Assembly (NCBI GenBank): GCA_013239625.1
Contig: PNXV01000239.1
Location: forward strand, 62,001 to 126,000
Direction of reading: 5' to 3'
Source: Lama guanicoe
Lineage: Eukaryota
DNA: 64,000 nt
Shown here: positions 39,752-55,673 of the stretch, piece after piece
How the letters are laid out: every line of letters starts with the position of its first letter
How positions within the stretch are numbered: position 1 is the first letter of the stretch
The notes under the pieces: generated by a model
The model's database searches: none
Seen by the model: only the letters and a program-made list of their open reading frames with translations
What the model was told of the DNA's origin: nothing
Translations under genes and position numbers: made by a program

Positions 39752-41659
39752 TTTGGTGCACGACAACGAGGTCAAGTAAGCACTCAGGTAATGGCCCAGG
39801 TTCCCCACCATGTCCTGTTGCATGGTCAGGCATCTCTCTTCATGTGTGTGATTGCTCGCAGCACTCTGAACTCCAGTCCCAGGCATGATCAGGACAGATC
39901 ATACAGGAAGAGGCATGGCTCTTACAGTTTGAAATTCAATGCAGGGCTGATTTGACTTTATTCAGATTCCCCATCCCCTACTCCTAAAACCACCCCCAAC
40001 CACTGCCACTCTGGCCAGCGTGCACAAACCTGGGGCTGTGTGAGAGTGATGCTGACGACCAGGATGTTTTTTTTGGCTTACTTCCAGATCAGTGCCTGTG
40101 TACTGGGGAGATGAAGTAGAAGCATCTCTGCCCACCCTTGGGACCACTGACTTCTCTGAGCTCTGGGCAAGCCCGTGGTTTTTTGCTGCCCTCTCACCTC
40201 CGCAGGAAAGGCTGTGCTTAAGTTTAATGAGATGGGTCGGGGACTGAAAGACCAGATTAAAAATCAGGATTTGAAGAGGTTAGAGCAGACCAGGATTGGG
40301 GTGGGGGGTGGAGAGGAGGGGGCACTAACAAGGTAAAAGGTAACCAGGCTGGAATGCCAACCACAGAAAGGGGAAGACAGAGCTACCAGCAGTTCCGTGA
40401 AAACTACCTGTGGGGTCCTAGTCAACCACAAGGAACTTATGAATCACCAGTGGAAGGTAGTTATTTAGAGCACCAGGGAGAGCTGGAGAAAGGTGCTTAG
40501 CACTACCTGAAGTGTTGAGCTCAGATCTAGGTTTGCAGGACCAGGTCTGCTTGTTGGGGGAGGTGATGCATCCTGGCAGATCTTCCCCTCCTGTGGAAAA
40601 AGAGTTTGGTATCTTTCTGGGGAGCCCTGGGAGAAAGACAAGGACCGAAGGTGGAAGTACAGGAGGAGAAGGTTCTGGTTCAATTGAAAAAAAATTCACC
40701 AAGAGTGGGAAGGAGGGCACTGTCTGTCACTGGGGGCAAATAAGCCAGGCAACCATTGTCAGCTTCCCATGAACAGAGTTTTCATTACGTCGAAAAATGG
40801 GTATGACAGAATCAGTCCTCTCTACATGGAGGATCTAAGAGTTCATCATAAATTACTGCCTTTCCTGGTAGAACAGACACTGTCATCATTAATGGCCCTG
40901 CTGTTCATGCATGCCCGCAGCGGGCCTGTGCTAGTGCGTTCTGAGTCTGCTTCGCTGTCAGACATTGGAGAAAACCAAGTTATGCCACTAAGTCACCGTT
41001 GACCTCGGGTCCAAGTTCTTCCTCAGTCTCCTCAATTAAATTAAATTAGGGTATCAGGAATCCCCTACCACCCTTAGAATCCAGCCACTTCCTGGGGGAG
41101 TAGCAGTGGTTGGGAAATCTCTAGCCCTGGCAACTCTGACTGTGGTTCCTGCGGATCACCTTTCCCTAGGTGTCTCTCACTAGCACCCACTGCCACCACT
41201 GAGGAGGCCGCAGGGGACCCTGCTCTCCCTCTAGCACTGCCGCGGGTGTGTGCACTCAACGACCATGGACCCAAAGAAGCTAAGCTAAAGCTTTCTGTGG
41301 CTTGGGACAGCAAAAGGGAAATCAAGCCTGAGAGAGCATGCAACTGTCATCTAGTCACCAAATGGCCTGAGCCCTCAGGCCCCACCCCTCCCAGCTCCTC
41401 CTGCATCCATGTCAGGACACTATCTTCCTCAACTCACAGGAGCCCAGCCACTTGCCTGCCTCAAAGGCCAAGCCTAGTGAGCAGGGCCAAGACAAATAGG
41501 GTGTCCATCCTGCACCTGCCTGAAGTCTGCCTTCTGCATCCCTGGATCCCACCAAAGTGCCCCTTCTTTCTAGTGATGACCCTGAGAATGCCTACCCCTT
41601 ACCCTCAGGAATGTGGCTTTACCCTCGGCCTTAAGAGGACAACATCCAGAACACAGTTA

Positions 41660-43270
41660 TTTTTTTGTTCTTTTTTTTATTAATAGATTTTATTTTTTTA
41701 GAGCAGTTTCAGGTTCACAGCAGAATTGAGCAGAAAAGACAGAGAGTTCACACATATCCCTCCCCACCCATCCATATCTTTGATGAGATACCCTCAGTGG
41801 GATCAGTTCTAAAGACAAACAGATTTGCAAGGAAATCTTCAACTTTAGTAAATTTGTTGTTGCTGGTGTATGGATATAGCAATTTTGAAACTGTTTTGTG
41901 TCTATTATAGAATTGAAAAAAATGAGTGAGTATTTTGATGTTGTTAGAAACTAGGGATTCACTATGGGAGAATACAGATGCAAATATGGAATGAGGGAAA
42001 ACAAGGAAGAACTCTGTGATGTTGGATTTTATCTTGATCTATATCTATAGATAGATGATACAGACTGAATGATGATGGATAGATGGATAGGTAGATGGAT
42101 AGATGGATAGACAGAGAGATAAAAGGGCCTCAAAGTAATGATACCCTAGGAATAGTGAGCACATCAAGTGCCCAGATCTTGGTTTCTAAATACCATTCTC
42201 TGCTAAAAGAACCAGGACTCTTCAGAGAAAAGGCTGATTCTAAGACTGGGGGGAAAAGAAAAGTGTAGGGAGAGCCTGGAATATCTTGTGCCAAGAAATA
42301 TGAAAGTGCTTAAAAAATTATAGGGACATGTGGAAAAAAAACACAGGCGACAGCATGAAGGAGTTTTCTACTGGCCAAATCTGGAAAATTTTGAGCAAAA
42401 TAAATAATAGTAGTAATGGATTGTAAGACATTGAATCTAAAAGGATCCCATAAGTCCATACTGATATACATAGATGAGTGGGAGGAAAGGAAAGAGCCTG
42501 TTTACAGTATATTGCCAAGTATTTAAATGTAATGAGAGAGTTAGAAAATCACCATTTGCAGCTACCAAAGTAATCAGATAGAAATCATCAATGGATGCTG
42601 AAACCACTGAGTTAGTTTGTGGGGGAACAATATACTCACATAGTCTCAAAGTATCTCCCACAGATTATTTATTAATTACAAGGGGGAAATGGTACCTCTG
42701 AAGTAAAGAGATCTTGCAGACATCACCTCAACCAAATGATCACAAGCATCACCAATAATGGGGCAAGTGCCATCAAGTGCCCCTGATGTGAAACATTGAA
42801 GAGGTGAGAACATCACTTATACAGGATTCCTGCCAAGAATACATAACCTGAATCTAATCATGGAAACACATTCAGACAAACCCAATTGAGCGACATTATA
42901 CAAAATAACTGACCTGGAATCTTCAGACACATCAATGACATGAAAGGAGGCTGAGGTCTTGTTTGAGATTGAAGGAGAAAGGGCTGATTCCAAGGCTGAC
43001 TGCAGACATGACAAGTGAATGTGACATGGTTCTGGATTGGGTCCTTAAAGGACATTAATGGGCCAGTTGGCAAAATTGTAAAGTGAGTACTGTATTAGAT
43101 AATATACCGCATCAATGTCAAATTTTCTGAATTTGGTAAGTGTACATGGTTATATGAGAGAATCCCTTGTTCTTAGGAAATACATGCTACATGTTTAGAG
43201 GTAAAGAAGCGCCAGGATGTCTGCAACTTACTCGCAAATGGCTCAGAAAAAATATATATGTATAGTAGAT
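41660..43270. mobile_element. Old L1M (L1MC/MD-type) 3' UTR fragments in mixed orientation, with a GATA/GATG simple repeat near 42040-42120
   Basis: Characteristic L1MC-like text (cagacaaacccaattgagcgacatt, aaggacattaatgggccagttggcaaaatt). Confidence 0.65.
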
Positions 43271-44037
43271 ATTTTTTCACTCCCTGGGTGTCTTTTTCTC
43301 CTCTTGCCACCACCTGGCTGATTCCACAGTTTCCCAGTTCAGACTCCTGAGAGAACGTGCTTGGATTGAATCCTCTCCACCACCCCTCTTTGGGCAGAGC
43401 AGTTTGCACTAGGAAACTTCCTAGGTCTCTGATAAGCCCCTGGATTGGCTGCCTAGGGTCTGGTGCCCACCCCTTGTCCAATCAGCTCCAGCCCAGGAAG
43501 GGTCATGTGGTACATAACATGGCTGCCACCATTGCTCCCTCAGTGGAGGTGGTGGGCAAGAGGGTCTCCTTAAAAGGGTTTGGCAGGCCCCATGCTTGGC
43601 CCAGCCAGTAGATACTGAACCTGCAACTGCCTGAGTTAATTCCAGAGACACCTGAAGGCCTCCTGACCTAACTGAGTGCCTCATTCTCTCCCTCACTCTT
43701 CTAACAAATGTTATAGATGCCTGCTCTGGGCCAGGTCTTGTGCTAGGTACTAGGGGTACAGAAATGACCCAGTCCCTACTCTTAGGAGCTCTGAATCAAG
43801 TTGGAACGATATGAAGAACTCAGATAAATGAAGTTCAGAGCTGAATCACAACCAACAAACAGAGGCAGCCAATGCTGGTTGAGGCGTGAGCCCCATGGAA
43901 CACAGAGGTGGGGTCCAAAAGGCCTCCTGGATGGTGGCACTGGCTGTGGCTCATGGGAGAGGAAAGGACTGTCAAACAGGGACTTGGCTGCTGGGAAGAT
44001 GGCCAGTGCCATCCTTGGGTTTCTGTAGCCCCCCGAC

Positions 44038-44738
<701 letters not shown>

Positions 44739-46352
44739 TGAGACAGGTACAAATAATGTCCCCATTTCACTGATGAGGACGCTGAGGCTTGGTTTGCCTG
44801 AGGTCACTCAGCTAGTAAGTGGCAGAGTCAAGGTCTTAACTAGAGAGTAACCCCCAAGCCTGTGAGCGTGCTTCCCAGCTGCCCCTGTCCTGCTCCCTGA
44901 ACACCTAGCGCATGTTCACATCCCTGCATTTCACTGGATCTACCTCCTGTGGGAGGTGAGTGGAATCATCCCCATTTTATAGATGGGGAAAGTAAGGCTC
45001 AGAGAAGTTAAATGAATTGCTGAAGGCCACCTGGTAACCTCCAGTCTCCAAACCCAATACTCTTCCCACTCCATTCATCTGTGTAATCAAAGATCACATA
45101 CCTAGCCCACCTCTCACGGTTGTAGAATTTCAAAGTTAGGAAGGACTTGAAAAGGCAGTCTCATCCTACCTTATTCCAGGTTAACCCTTGAACCTTCTCT
45201 CCACATCCTGTGCAGGCCATGCCTCCACTAAAATCCCTCCAGGGTCAGGATGCTGGCCACTGCACCTCAGATCTTTCCATAGGAAAGTTAAGCCACCATC
45301 TGCCTCTGTGTGGCTACCACTTAAAGGCTGAGAATGAAGCCCTCTCCAAAGGCCATTTCTTGCACTGCTCAAATGCATCCTTACCTGCTGCTGCTTCAGA
45401 GAACTGTTATTAATCCTGGATCCTGCACAGGGCCACACCAGAAGATCATGTGTTACAAGAACCCCAGGCAAAGGGTGCCCCCCACTTCATACTAGTTGAG
45501 ACCTTCTTGTGATTTCCGTAGAGGTCCTTTGAGGACCACTGGGGTACAGTCTGGGCCCCATGACGTAACAGGACATGCATGAAGTAGAAAATGGGACCTT
45601 GAGGACATGGTCACCAGGGCTGTCAGAGACAGGGGGTATAGACCCCCAAAGCAGACCCATCATCAGTGCACAGAGTTGTCAGAAGGCAACCCTCGAGTTT
45701 ACATAAAGAAGGATTCTGTCTAACAGAGCAGTGTCCACAAAGGTGATTGAGCCCCCGGGCGGGAAGGAGCTCCCTTCATGGAAGGCATGCGGCATCAATT
45801 ACTTGAGTTTCTCGGCCCTTGCTGAGTAAAGCGCATGAAGCTAGACTCTCCAGGATCCCTCCAGCCTCCATGTTCCTTGATCCTGAGACTCTGTGAAATT
45901 AGATTATGGTGAATCAGACTGACTCTTTAAACTGGATTTGTCTGTAATGTTTTGGCCATCTATTATCTTCTCCACCTACTTCCAAAAGTGAATGGAGGTG
46001 ACTGTATCTCTTCCAGAGAAACTAATACCTTCACCCAGATCATGTCCATAAAAGCTCTTTATTTGACAGCACAAATGCTTTACTGTTTCCAGCATGTGCA
46101 AGGAACCATCCACAGCCCTCCTGGCCCTTAAGGCTCATGACCAAAATCCCACCTCCCAGCCCCTTCTGTTCTGAAACCACAGAATCTCAGGGTGGAAAGA
46201 ACATACACAGCCCTGTAGGCCGGTTCTGCTCTCAGATGTGTCAGCCCCCCAGCCCACCCTGAGCATCCCTAACAAGTGTTCATTCACTCACTGCTTCCAC
46301 ACCTCCAGTGATGGGGAGCTCACCCCCTTCAGCCTGTGCCATCTATGGATGG

Positions 46353-46711
46353 TGTATCAGTTTCCTGTGGCTGCAGTAGCAAATACAAACTGGTGGCTTA
46401 AAACTACTGAAATGTATTCTCTCACAGTTCTGGAGGCTGGAAGTCTGAAATCCAGGCACAGCCATGCTCCCTCCAAAGGCTCCAGGGAAGAATGCTCCCT
46501 TGCCTCTCTCAGCATATGATGGCTCCAGGCATTCTTTGGGTTGTGGCTGCATGACTCCAGTCTCTACCTCCACCTGGGCCATCCAGGATGATCTCGTCTT
46601 GAGAACCTTAATTATCTGCAAAGACCTTTTTTCCAAATAAGGTCACATTGACAGCTTCCAGGGATTAGGATGTGGACATATCTTTAAGGGCCACTATTTC
46701 AACCTACCACA
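46353..46711 (-). mobile_element. MaLR solo LTR (MLT1B/C-like) inserted into a CR1/L3-like relic
   Basis: tgtatcagtttcc ... caacctaccaca with a perfect 5-bp TSD gatgg (46348-46352 and 46712-46716). Confidence 0.85.
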
Positions 46712-48487
46712 GATGGATTGCTTTTCTAGAAAGTTCTTCCTTATCCTCAATTTGAATCAGCCTCAGTGTAACATGTGCCTGTGAACACACATTCTACTTC
46801 TTGAAGGCCTGAGAACAGGTTACCCTCTGTTTCTTCCTGACACTCGTCAGAAATTTGCAGCCAACTACTAGGTCCCCAGACTTGCCCACATTTTATGACC
46901 AGTGGACTCTTGTGATGGTTTGGTGGACCATCAGCAGTGTGGCAAGGAGCAGGCATCCCAGGCACCCACTCAGCCCTGACACGTTGCTGTGGGACCCGAG
47001 GCAGGTCATTTCGCCTTGCCCAGCCTCCGTTTCCTCCCCTGTAGGTCGGGGACAGGCCCGCCCAGCTGGCATGGCTGCTGTGGGACTGAAGGGGCTGCAC
47101 TCCAAGGACCCAGCACAAAGCAGGCTTTCAACAGTGCATGTTTCCTTCTCTTACTCAGTATCTGCTTCCTGGGCTCTGGTTCCCACTTTAATTGGAATTT
47201 TTAAAAAATAACATGTCCATCTGTGAGATAACACACTTAAAGGAGCAAACTACAACTGTGGTTGTAAAAACAAAATAACCAGTTATAAAATAGTTATTAA
47301 CTTATTTTTGTATCAGACATACCAGTTTACAAAATGCTTTCACACCCATCTTCTCATTTCGTCTAGATAGAAGCCCTGAGATAGGTATTACTGTTATTCC
47401 CATTTCACAGATACTGAAACTGAGGTCCTGAGAGGTGATATGATTTACTCAAAGTCACACAGCCAGGGGATAGCAGAGCAGATTCCAGACCCTCTGGCCT
47501 CTACCACATGGCATTGTGCTGCCAATTAAATCAAACCTCAGAGTGTAGGCCCTGGATGAAGTTAAATGGCTTGTGCAGCTGCTGGATGCCCCAAACATCA
47601 GTGATAAAGCCAGAGGGAAAGGGGGCCTTTGTAGGAAGACCTCCTGGAGGGGCTGGCCCACAGCCAAAACCCCTGACCAGTCAGCAGTCCTGATCAGCTC
47701 TCCCTCCCGCCCACACCACCATTCTGCCCCACATTCCGCCTGCACTTTCTCTGCCACCTGCCCTCCCTTTTGCAGGCTAAACCCTAAACACCCTGATTCA
47801 GATCACGTTTGACTTCTACTCATTTCAGCTAGGACATGAATTGGTTAGGAGTAGAGCTGCAAGTGACAGAAAACCTACAAAAACAGTAGTTTAAAAAAAT
47901 GTAGCTAATTTCCCTCTCAGGTAAGCAAAAGAGCTTGTGTGGAGGCTCCTAGAATCTTAGTCCCTTGCATCTTGCCTCCCTCATCTTCATCACGCATCTT
48001 CCACATCATGGTCTAAGATGACTTTATGGTCTAAGATGGCTGCTCAAGCTCCACCCATCACATTCCACTCCATCTGCTGGAGTGGAGGAAGGAGAATAGC
48101 ATTTTCCTCTAAAGACACTTGCTAGAACTTGTACACACCACTTCCACCTACATGGCATTGTCCAGAACCTAGTCACATCACACCTAGCTTCAAGGACGGC
48201 TAGGAAATGCAGTCTCTCTATTCTGTGTGACTGCGTGCACTGGGGGGTAATAGAAGTCCCAGACACAGGGGCTCTGTCTGGTTCAACAGAAAAAAGACTG
48301 GACTGAACTTCTAGGGACATAGTCCACTTTTGTCACCAGATTGCTGTGTGGCCTTGGGCAAGCGCCTTCCTCCTCTCTGGGCCTTCGGGTTCTCTGTAGA
48401 GCAAGGCGACGTGGTTGAGATCATGTCTGACATTCCTTCCCACTGCCGCCTCCTGTGCATCTGTGCGTGAACCAGTGGTGGGGGTGA

Positions 48488-49051
<564 letters not shown>

Positions 49052-49254
49052 TGATGAACACAATTCACATCACAAAGTTTAGAAAATGCAGAAAAGCAAA
49101 AATCAGATTTTTCAGAACTCTCACATAGTCCCCCTACCCAAAAATAACCACTGTTAATGTTTTGGTTTGGTTTTTTACTGTTAATATTTTTGATGTATCC
49201 TTCCAGTCTTTTTTTTAGTGCTTAGGCAGTGATGCTTTTTCAGATATAGCTGTA

Positions 49255-49516
49255 TTTTTTTTGACATTTTTTTAGAGTTATAGTCAGTTTACAATGTTGT
49301 GTCAAATTCCAGTGTACAGCACAATTTTTCAGTTATACATGAACATACATATATTCATTGTCACATTTTTTTTTCGCTGCCATAAGATCTTGTATATATT
49401 TCCCTGTGCTATACAGTATAATTTTGTTTATCTTTTCTACTTTTTAAAATCCCAGTCTGTCCCTTCCAACCCCGCGCCCCCTTGGCAACCACAAGTTTGT
49501 ATTCTACGTCTGTGAG
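49255..49516 (-). mobile_element. Short 5'-truncated lineage-specific L1 (3' UTR end plus tail)
   Basis: Poly-T followed by an artiodactyl-type L1 3' UTR (ttccctgtgctatacagta, cttggcaaccacaagtttgtattct). TSD tcaga(t/c)a(t/c)agctgta at 49240-49254 and 49517-49531. Confidence 0.75.
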
Positions 49517-50779
49517 TCAGACACAGCTGTAATTATAGCATGCTTTGTAGCTGCCTTTTTCACTTAGCTTTTGCCCCTTGTATTTTCCCACATTCATAAC
49601 CATCATTGAGGGGAAGTTCTGTAACCTACTTGTCTTCTTGATCCCTTATGGTTGAGCATTACAGTATTTCCAGATTTCTTATAAGTGTACTTTTATTTTT
49701 CCTACATAATACATAATAATACATACATAATACATACATACATAATACATAATCTTTCCTTGTTTCCAGTCATTCCCTTAAGCTTGAGTCACAGAAGTAG
49801 CACTACTGTGTGAAAAGGAATAACCATTTTTAACAGCCACTTACATTTTCATTCATCTGCAGGGCTTACCTGAGTGATATCTTCCAGACATTATCCTACC
49901 CAGCTTGAGACAATAACTTCTTAACTCTGTCTTCTGCTTCTTCCTTTATTCTTGGGCCCCACCGAGGTTAGGTTTTCTCTACACAGATCAGCCTACTGAA
50001 GAGGTCAAGGCCTCCAATTCACCCGCCCACTGCTGGGTGGGATAATGTCAGGAAAACATCTCTCAGGTCAGTGGTTATTTTGGATGGAGGAGCCACAGGA
50101 CCCCAGTGATCTCTCCTCTCCCCTGGGCACGCGATCAGTCCCCAGTCAGGCTCAGCTGTGCCCCAGAACACCTCTGGCACGTACTCCTTCCTTAGGGTGT
50201 CGACACTTTCCCAGGCTCCAGGCCAAGCCCACAACTTCTCTGTGTGCACTCACATGTTCTCTCCACCCTGTGAAGATGCCAGGTTGACCCTAAGCCCAGC
50301 TCTGATCAGGACACTCTGCTTTGTCACCCTCGACAGCTCTTCATTGCCCTCCTGGCTCCAGGATCAAGTTGCCCAATACTGGGCTGGCTTTCAGGATCAC
50401 TGGATCCCTCTAGGCTCCCCAGAGAACCCTGTCCATCATCCGGCTGCCTTTCTCTACAAGTGCCCTGAGCCCCCCTGCATCTGCATGTGCCATTTCTTCC
50501 CCCTGGAATTCCCTTACCCTCACCATCCTTCCACGCCCTCCCCAGAGCCTAGCTCAGGCCCACAGCACCGTGCTGAGCACTGTGCCCTGAATGCCTGGCC
50601 TGGTGATGATCTGAGTCCGTCCTCCATCCCTGCCTCTCACCTCTGAACCAGAAGTCCTAGTGGACAGGGGCAGTGGCCATGGTTCTAACAAGCACAAGCC
50701 TTCACTCTCCTCCCACTGTCTTCACAGCTGTCACCTTCAGGTTTATTTTCTACGTGGAGCAAGGCCTGAGGCAGAGTGA

Positions 50780-51430
<651 letters not shown>

Positions 51431-51579
51431 TAAACTAGACAGAGGCGGTTTGTCGGAATCTCATAGAAGTTTATTGTCCATCTGGCCAAGGCTCTTGGGT
51501 TCCAGCAATGCCTCGATTCAAGCATCTTCAGAAACAAAGTTCTTAGAGATTTGTGAGCCCCCAGATTATAGCACTGATT

Positions 51580-51663
51580 TGGGAAAACTTAGTTTTCTAC
51601 CTCCTGTCTGTCTCCTTTACCACTCACACAGAACTCTTCACTTCTGACACTTCTGGTCACCAA

Positions 51664-51706
<43 letters not shown>

Positions 51707-52461
51707 AAGGGGGAGGGGGAGGGAGTTCCCGAACCAAGCAGTTCTCTTCAACACCATCTGGGTGTCCTACAATTTAACTCATTCTAACACCATCTGCCTA
51801 GACATAGTGTCAGACCCCAGAGGTTAAAGGCTCCTAAGCCTATCCCACAGACCACCCCCACCCTCCTTCAGATGCCAGTCACAAGTAGTGGGCCCCCTGG
51901 TTACCCACAGTTCTGTCCAACTTGGCCACAAACCAGACGTTTCCATGACCCCCTCCTCAGGTTCAATTAATTTGCTAGAGCAGCTCCCAGAACTCACGGG
52001 AACACTTACTTACATTTACCAGTTTATTAGAGGATATGATAAAGGATACAGATGAACAGCCAGGAGGGGATACAGTGGGAGAGGCCAGGGGCTCTTGAGC
52101 ACAGAAGCTTGTGTCTCGTGGGGCTGGGGTACGTCACCCTCCCAGTTGGGGATGTGTTCGCCAACCCAGAAGCTCTCCAGACCCCATATGTTGGGGTTTT
52201 ATGGAGGCTCTGTTACCCGTCATGACTGATCATTAACTCTGTTTTCAGCCCTTCTCCCTCCTCAAGAGGATGGGGGACAAGGCTGAAAATTCCTGGTTTC
52301 TAATCATGGCTCATTCTTTCTGGTGACCAGCCCTCATCCAGGAGCCCACCCACAGTTGCCCAGTTAGAACAAAAGATACCCCAACACCCAGGAAATTACA
52401 AGGGTTTCAGGAGCCCTGTGTCAGAAACCCAGGGCAGAGGCCAGTATGTATTACTGTCTCA
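51580..52461 (-). mobile_element. MER21-family solo LTR containing a (TG)n tract (51665-51705)
   Basis: Reverse complement has MER21 text (ttctgacacagggctcctgaaacccttgtaatttcctg, gagagcttctgggttggcgaacacat); left boundary approximate. Confidence 0.75.
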
Positions 52462-53271
52462 TAAGCAGCTTCCTAAGTATATCCCCGCCTCCATTTTTCA
52501 CTCTCCCAACACAACCCGTAACCACTCACATCTGTGTGATGCACAGCAAGAGAGGAGGAAGTGAGGAGGAACTTCTCAGGAGGGAGACTTTGCTGCAACA
52601 GACCTCACTTTTGTCCTGAAAGTCCTTAACTGGTCCTTGAATAGTCTAGAGAGGCCATAACTGGATTCCTTGGTGCCCAAGCCAAACCTCAAATCTGGAC
52701 TTTCTACACTAGGGAGGAGAAACCGAATCACCTTCCCCTTCTCCAGCCCTCCCTTTAGGTCTCAGGTGTGACCATGCCCATGATCCTTGGGTTATGTCTT
52801 TAAGGGAGGAACTCTGATTGATGAGTGGGACAGGAAAGGAACAAAGAAAAGTGAGCTGTTAGGGTACTGGCTAAGTTGTTATAATAGAGGCCCCAAAATA
52901 GAGTGGCCCAAAGAAGATACATGTTTATTTCTCTCACCTGACAGTCCTGGGGAGAGAGGTCCAGGTTGGCAGGCAGTTCTGCCCAAGGTCACTGCTGACT
53001 GAGGCTCTTTTACTCTTAATTTTCTGCCAGTCCCCAAGGTGTCTTCCTCACTAGAACACTTAAAGCTGCGTGGACAGCATGTCCTGTTCCCAGTCCCTGA
53101 AAGGAAAGAGAAAGGAAGTCCATGCAAGGGATCGCCTTTTAAGCAAGTGATGCGCAAGTTGCATACATTTTGGTTCTGCTCCAGTTACACTGGCAAGAAC
53201 GTATGTGATCACACTGGAGGGCTGGGAAATGTAGTCTCTAGCCAGACAGGCCCAAGAAAGAAATGAGATGT

Positions 53272-53484
53272 GGGATTGCCAGATTAAGTACAGGATGTCC
53301 AGTTAAATTTGATTTTCTGACAACCAACCAATCATATTTTTAGTGTAAATATGTCCTATATAATATTTGGGATATATTTATACTTAAAATTTTTTATTCC
53401 TTATTATCTGAAATTTTGATTCTTATTATCTGAAATTCAAAGGTGACTGGGCATTCTGAATTTTTATTTGTTCAATCTGGCAAC
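53272..53484. mobile_element. MER33-type hAT-Charlie MITE with a small internal duplication
   Basis: gggattgccagat ... atctggcaac TIRs; ttattatctgaaatt occurs twice. Confidence 0.75.
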
Positions 53485-54772
53485 GTTTTGGGGGACTCAC
53501 TATACTCTGCCCCAAAGATCCGCAGCACAGCTGTCCGTGCCTCTAAAGCGGGCAGCTGTAGCACGGGACAGCCCTCCATGTGCCACGGGATCAAAGCAGG
53601 AAAGGTTTCTGTCCCCCAAAGCCCACTGCTGATTCTGCTGTCATATCAGGCCTCTCAGGGACTAGTGATACCACACATCCCTGGGCCTTGACATTCGAAC
53701 TCCACTTGCACCCTCCAGCGATGAGAAGTTCACTCACTTTAGGAAACCTGAAATGCCAGCCATGGGCAAAAACCCTAAAAATTTGGGGTTTTCCTGGGAC
53801 TGAATCACAGTCTGGCCTCCTGTTGCCTCTACTCTTTGATTCTAGCCCTGCTGTCTGAATCACACAGAAAAAACTTCTTTCTCTCCTCCTCCACATGAAA
53901 ACTAATTAAACAGTTTAATGGCTGTGCTCTTGCCATCGGAATAGCAGTTTATGACTTCCTCTCCCTTATCTGTAGCAGGATGCCCACTACTCTCCCCAAC
54001 CCACACCCACTTCCCAGGCATCTCAGGGGCTGAAATGCCCCAGAGCTTGCATCTGATTTTTATGTAACTTGGAAGCAACTGGGATCCATCCTGATTAACC
54101 CCTTTGCAGGAGCTCCTACTGGCCTGAGTCTCTGTGACAGTGTGAGGCTCAGAGCTGACCAGCCCTACAGATGTGTCCTCCCCACCGAGGATCCCGCTAG
54201 TATCAATAATAGTAATTATAGTAGTATTGTTACAGTAGCAGGTTACCCTTCTTATGTGGCAGGCATTGGAATAAACTTTCACTGCATTATCTCACTTAAT
54301 CCCCATGAGATAGATACTGCTATTACCCCATTCTACAGATGAAGGAGTTGAGACTCAGTTCTCACCAGCCAATACACAGCCTTGAGTTTGCCCCCAGGCC
54401 TGTCCAACCTCAGAGCCTGTGCACTGATGCTCTGTCGCCCTGCCTCCCCACTCCCCTCCCCCTCCCCCTGCCTCCCCAGGCCTGCTTCCCTGCTCTGTCA
54501 AGGCTCACACCTGCACTGAACACATCACTGCACAGCCCAGGCCTCTCTCAGCATAGCTTCTCCTGGAACAAGTGTGGGCACGGGCCTTCTGTGTCTCTTC
54601 CCCAACACGCAGCAGCCCATGTGTCTCTCAGTGCCCTCCTGAGGCCAGCCGAGGCCCAGCCCTGTGACCCTGTGACCCTGTGAACCGCTTCCTGGCTCTG
54701 AGGCTTGGCAGCCAGGGCCAGGGCAGGGGCTGGGCCGGGGGCTCTGACTCAGCCGGAGCCTTTGTCTTCTAG

Positions 54773-55018
<246 letters not shown>

Positions 55019-55555
55019 TGATATGTTGCTCAACTCCACCAACTACTTGGGAAATAACAGTCCATTTTTTGCCTGCATTTCAGAAAGCTTTTAAAAAGAT
55101 CCCCAGTGTCGGTAAGAGTGTGTGGAACTGGGCATCCTCCTGCAACGTTCTGGAAGTCGGTCTGGCACTCTCCAAATGTCAGGTGTTAAGCCCCTTGACT
55201 AGCAATCCCCCTAGCAGGAGGCTGCCCCTTGGAAATACTCCCACGTGGGCAAAGGTGTAGACACACAGTATTTATCATAACACTACCTGTGGGCAAGAAA
55301 AGCTGGAATTAACTTACATGTTCGTCACTCGAGGTGGATTCATTAATTATGATGCAGCTAAACAAGACACACGGTACAACTCTTAAAAAGCGAGCTCCAG
55401 AGAGCTGCTGCAGAGACCACAGCAGAGAGGGTGCAGAGGGACGATGGGCTCTTTTGCATTCTGTCTCCTTGGGCCACAATCCTAAAAAATGATTGCATTG
55501 TTGACTTTTCAAAATCAAGTTAACAGAATCTATTGCAATATTGTTTTGCATTCAG

Positions 55556-55673
55556 ATGGGGGAAAGGCCATTTTAAAAAATCACCTCGATCAAAATCCGC
55601 AGCTACAGTGGAACACAACAGAGCCCTCTCGAACATGCAAAGATCCTATAGAAGATATAAACTCCCCAGAACA
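55556..55673 (+). CDS. GABBR2: GABBR2 exon 18 (118 nt, phase 1/2): (D)[38 protein letters not shown](H)
   Basis: Acceptor ttgttttgcattcag|AT, donor ACA|gtaagt; phases fit exons 17 and 19. Confidence 0.98.
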
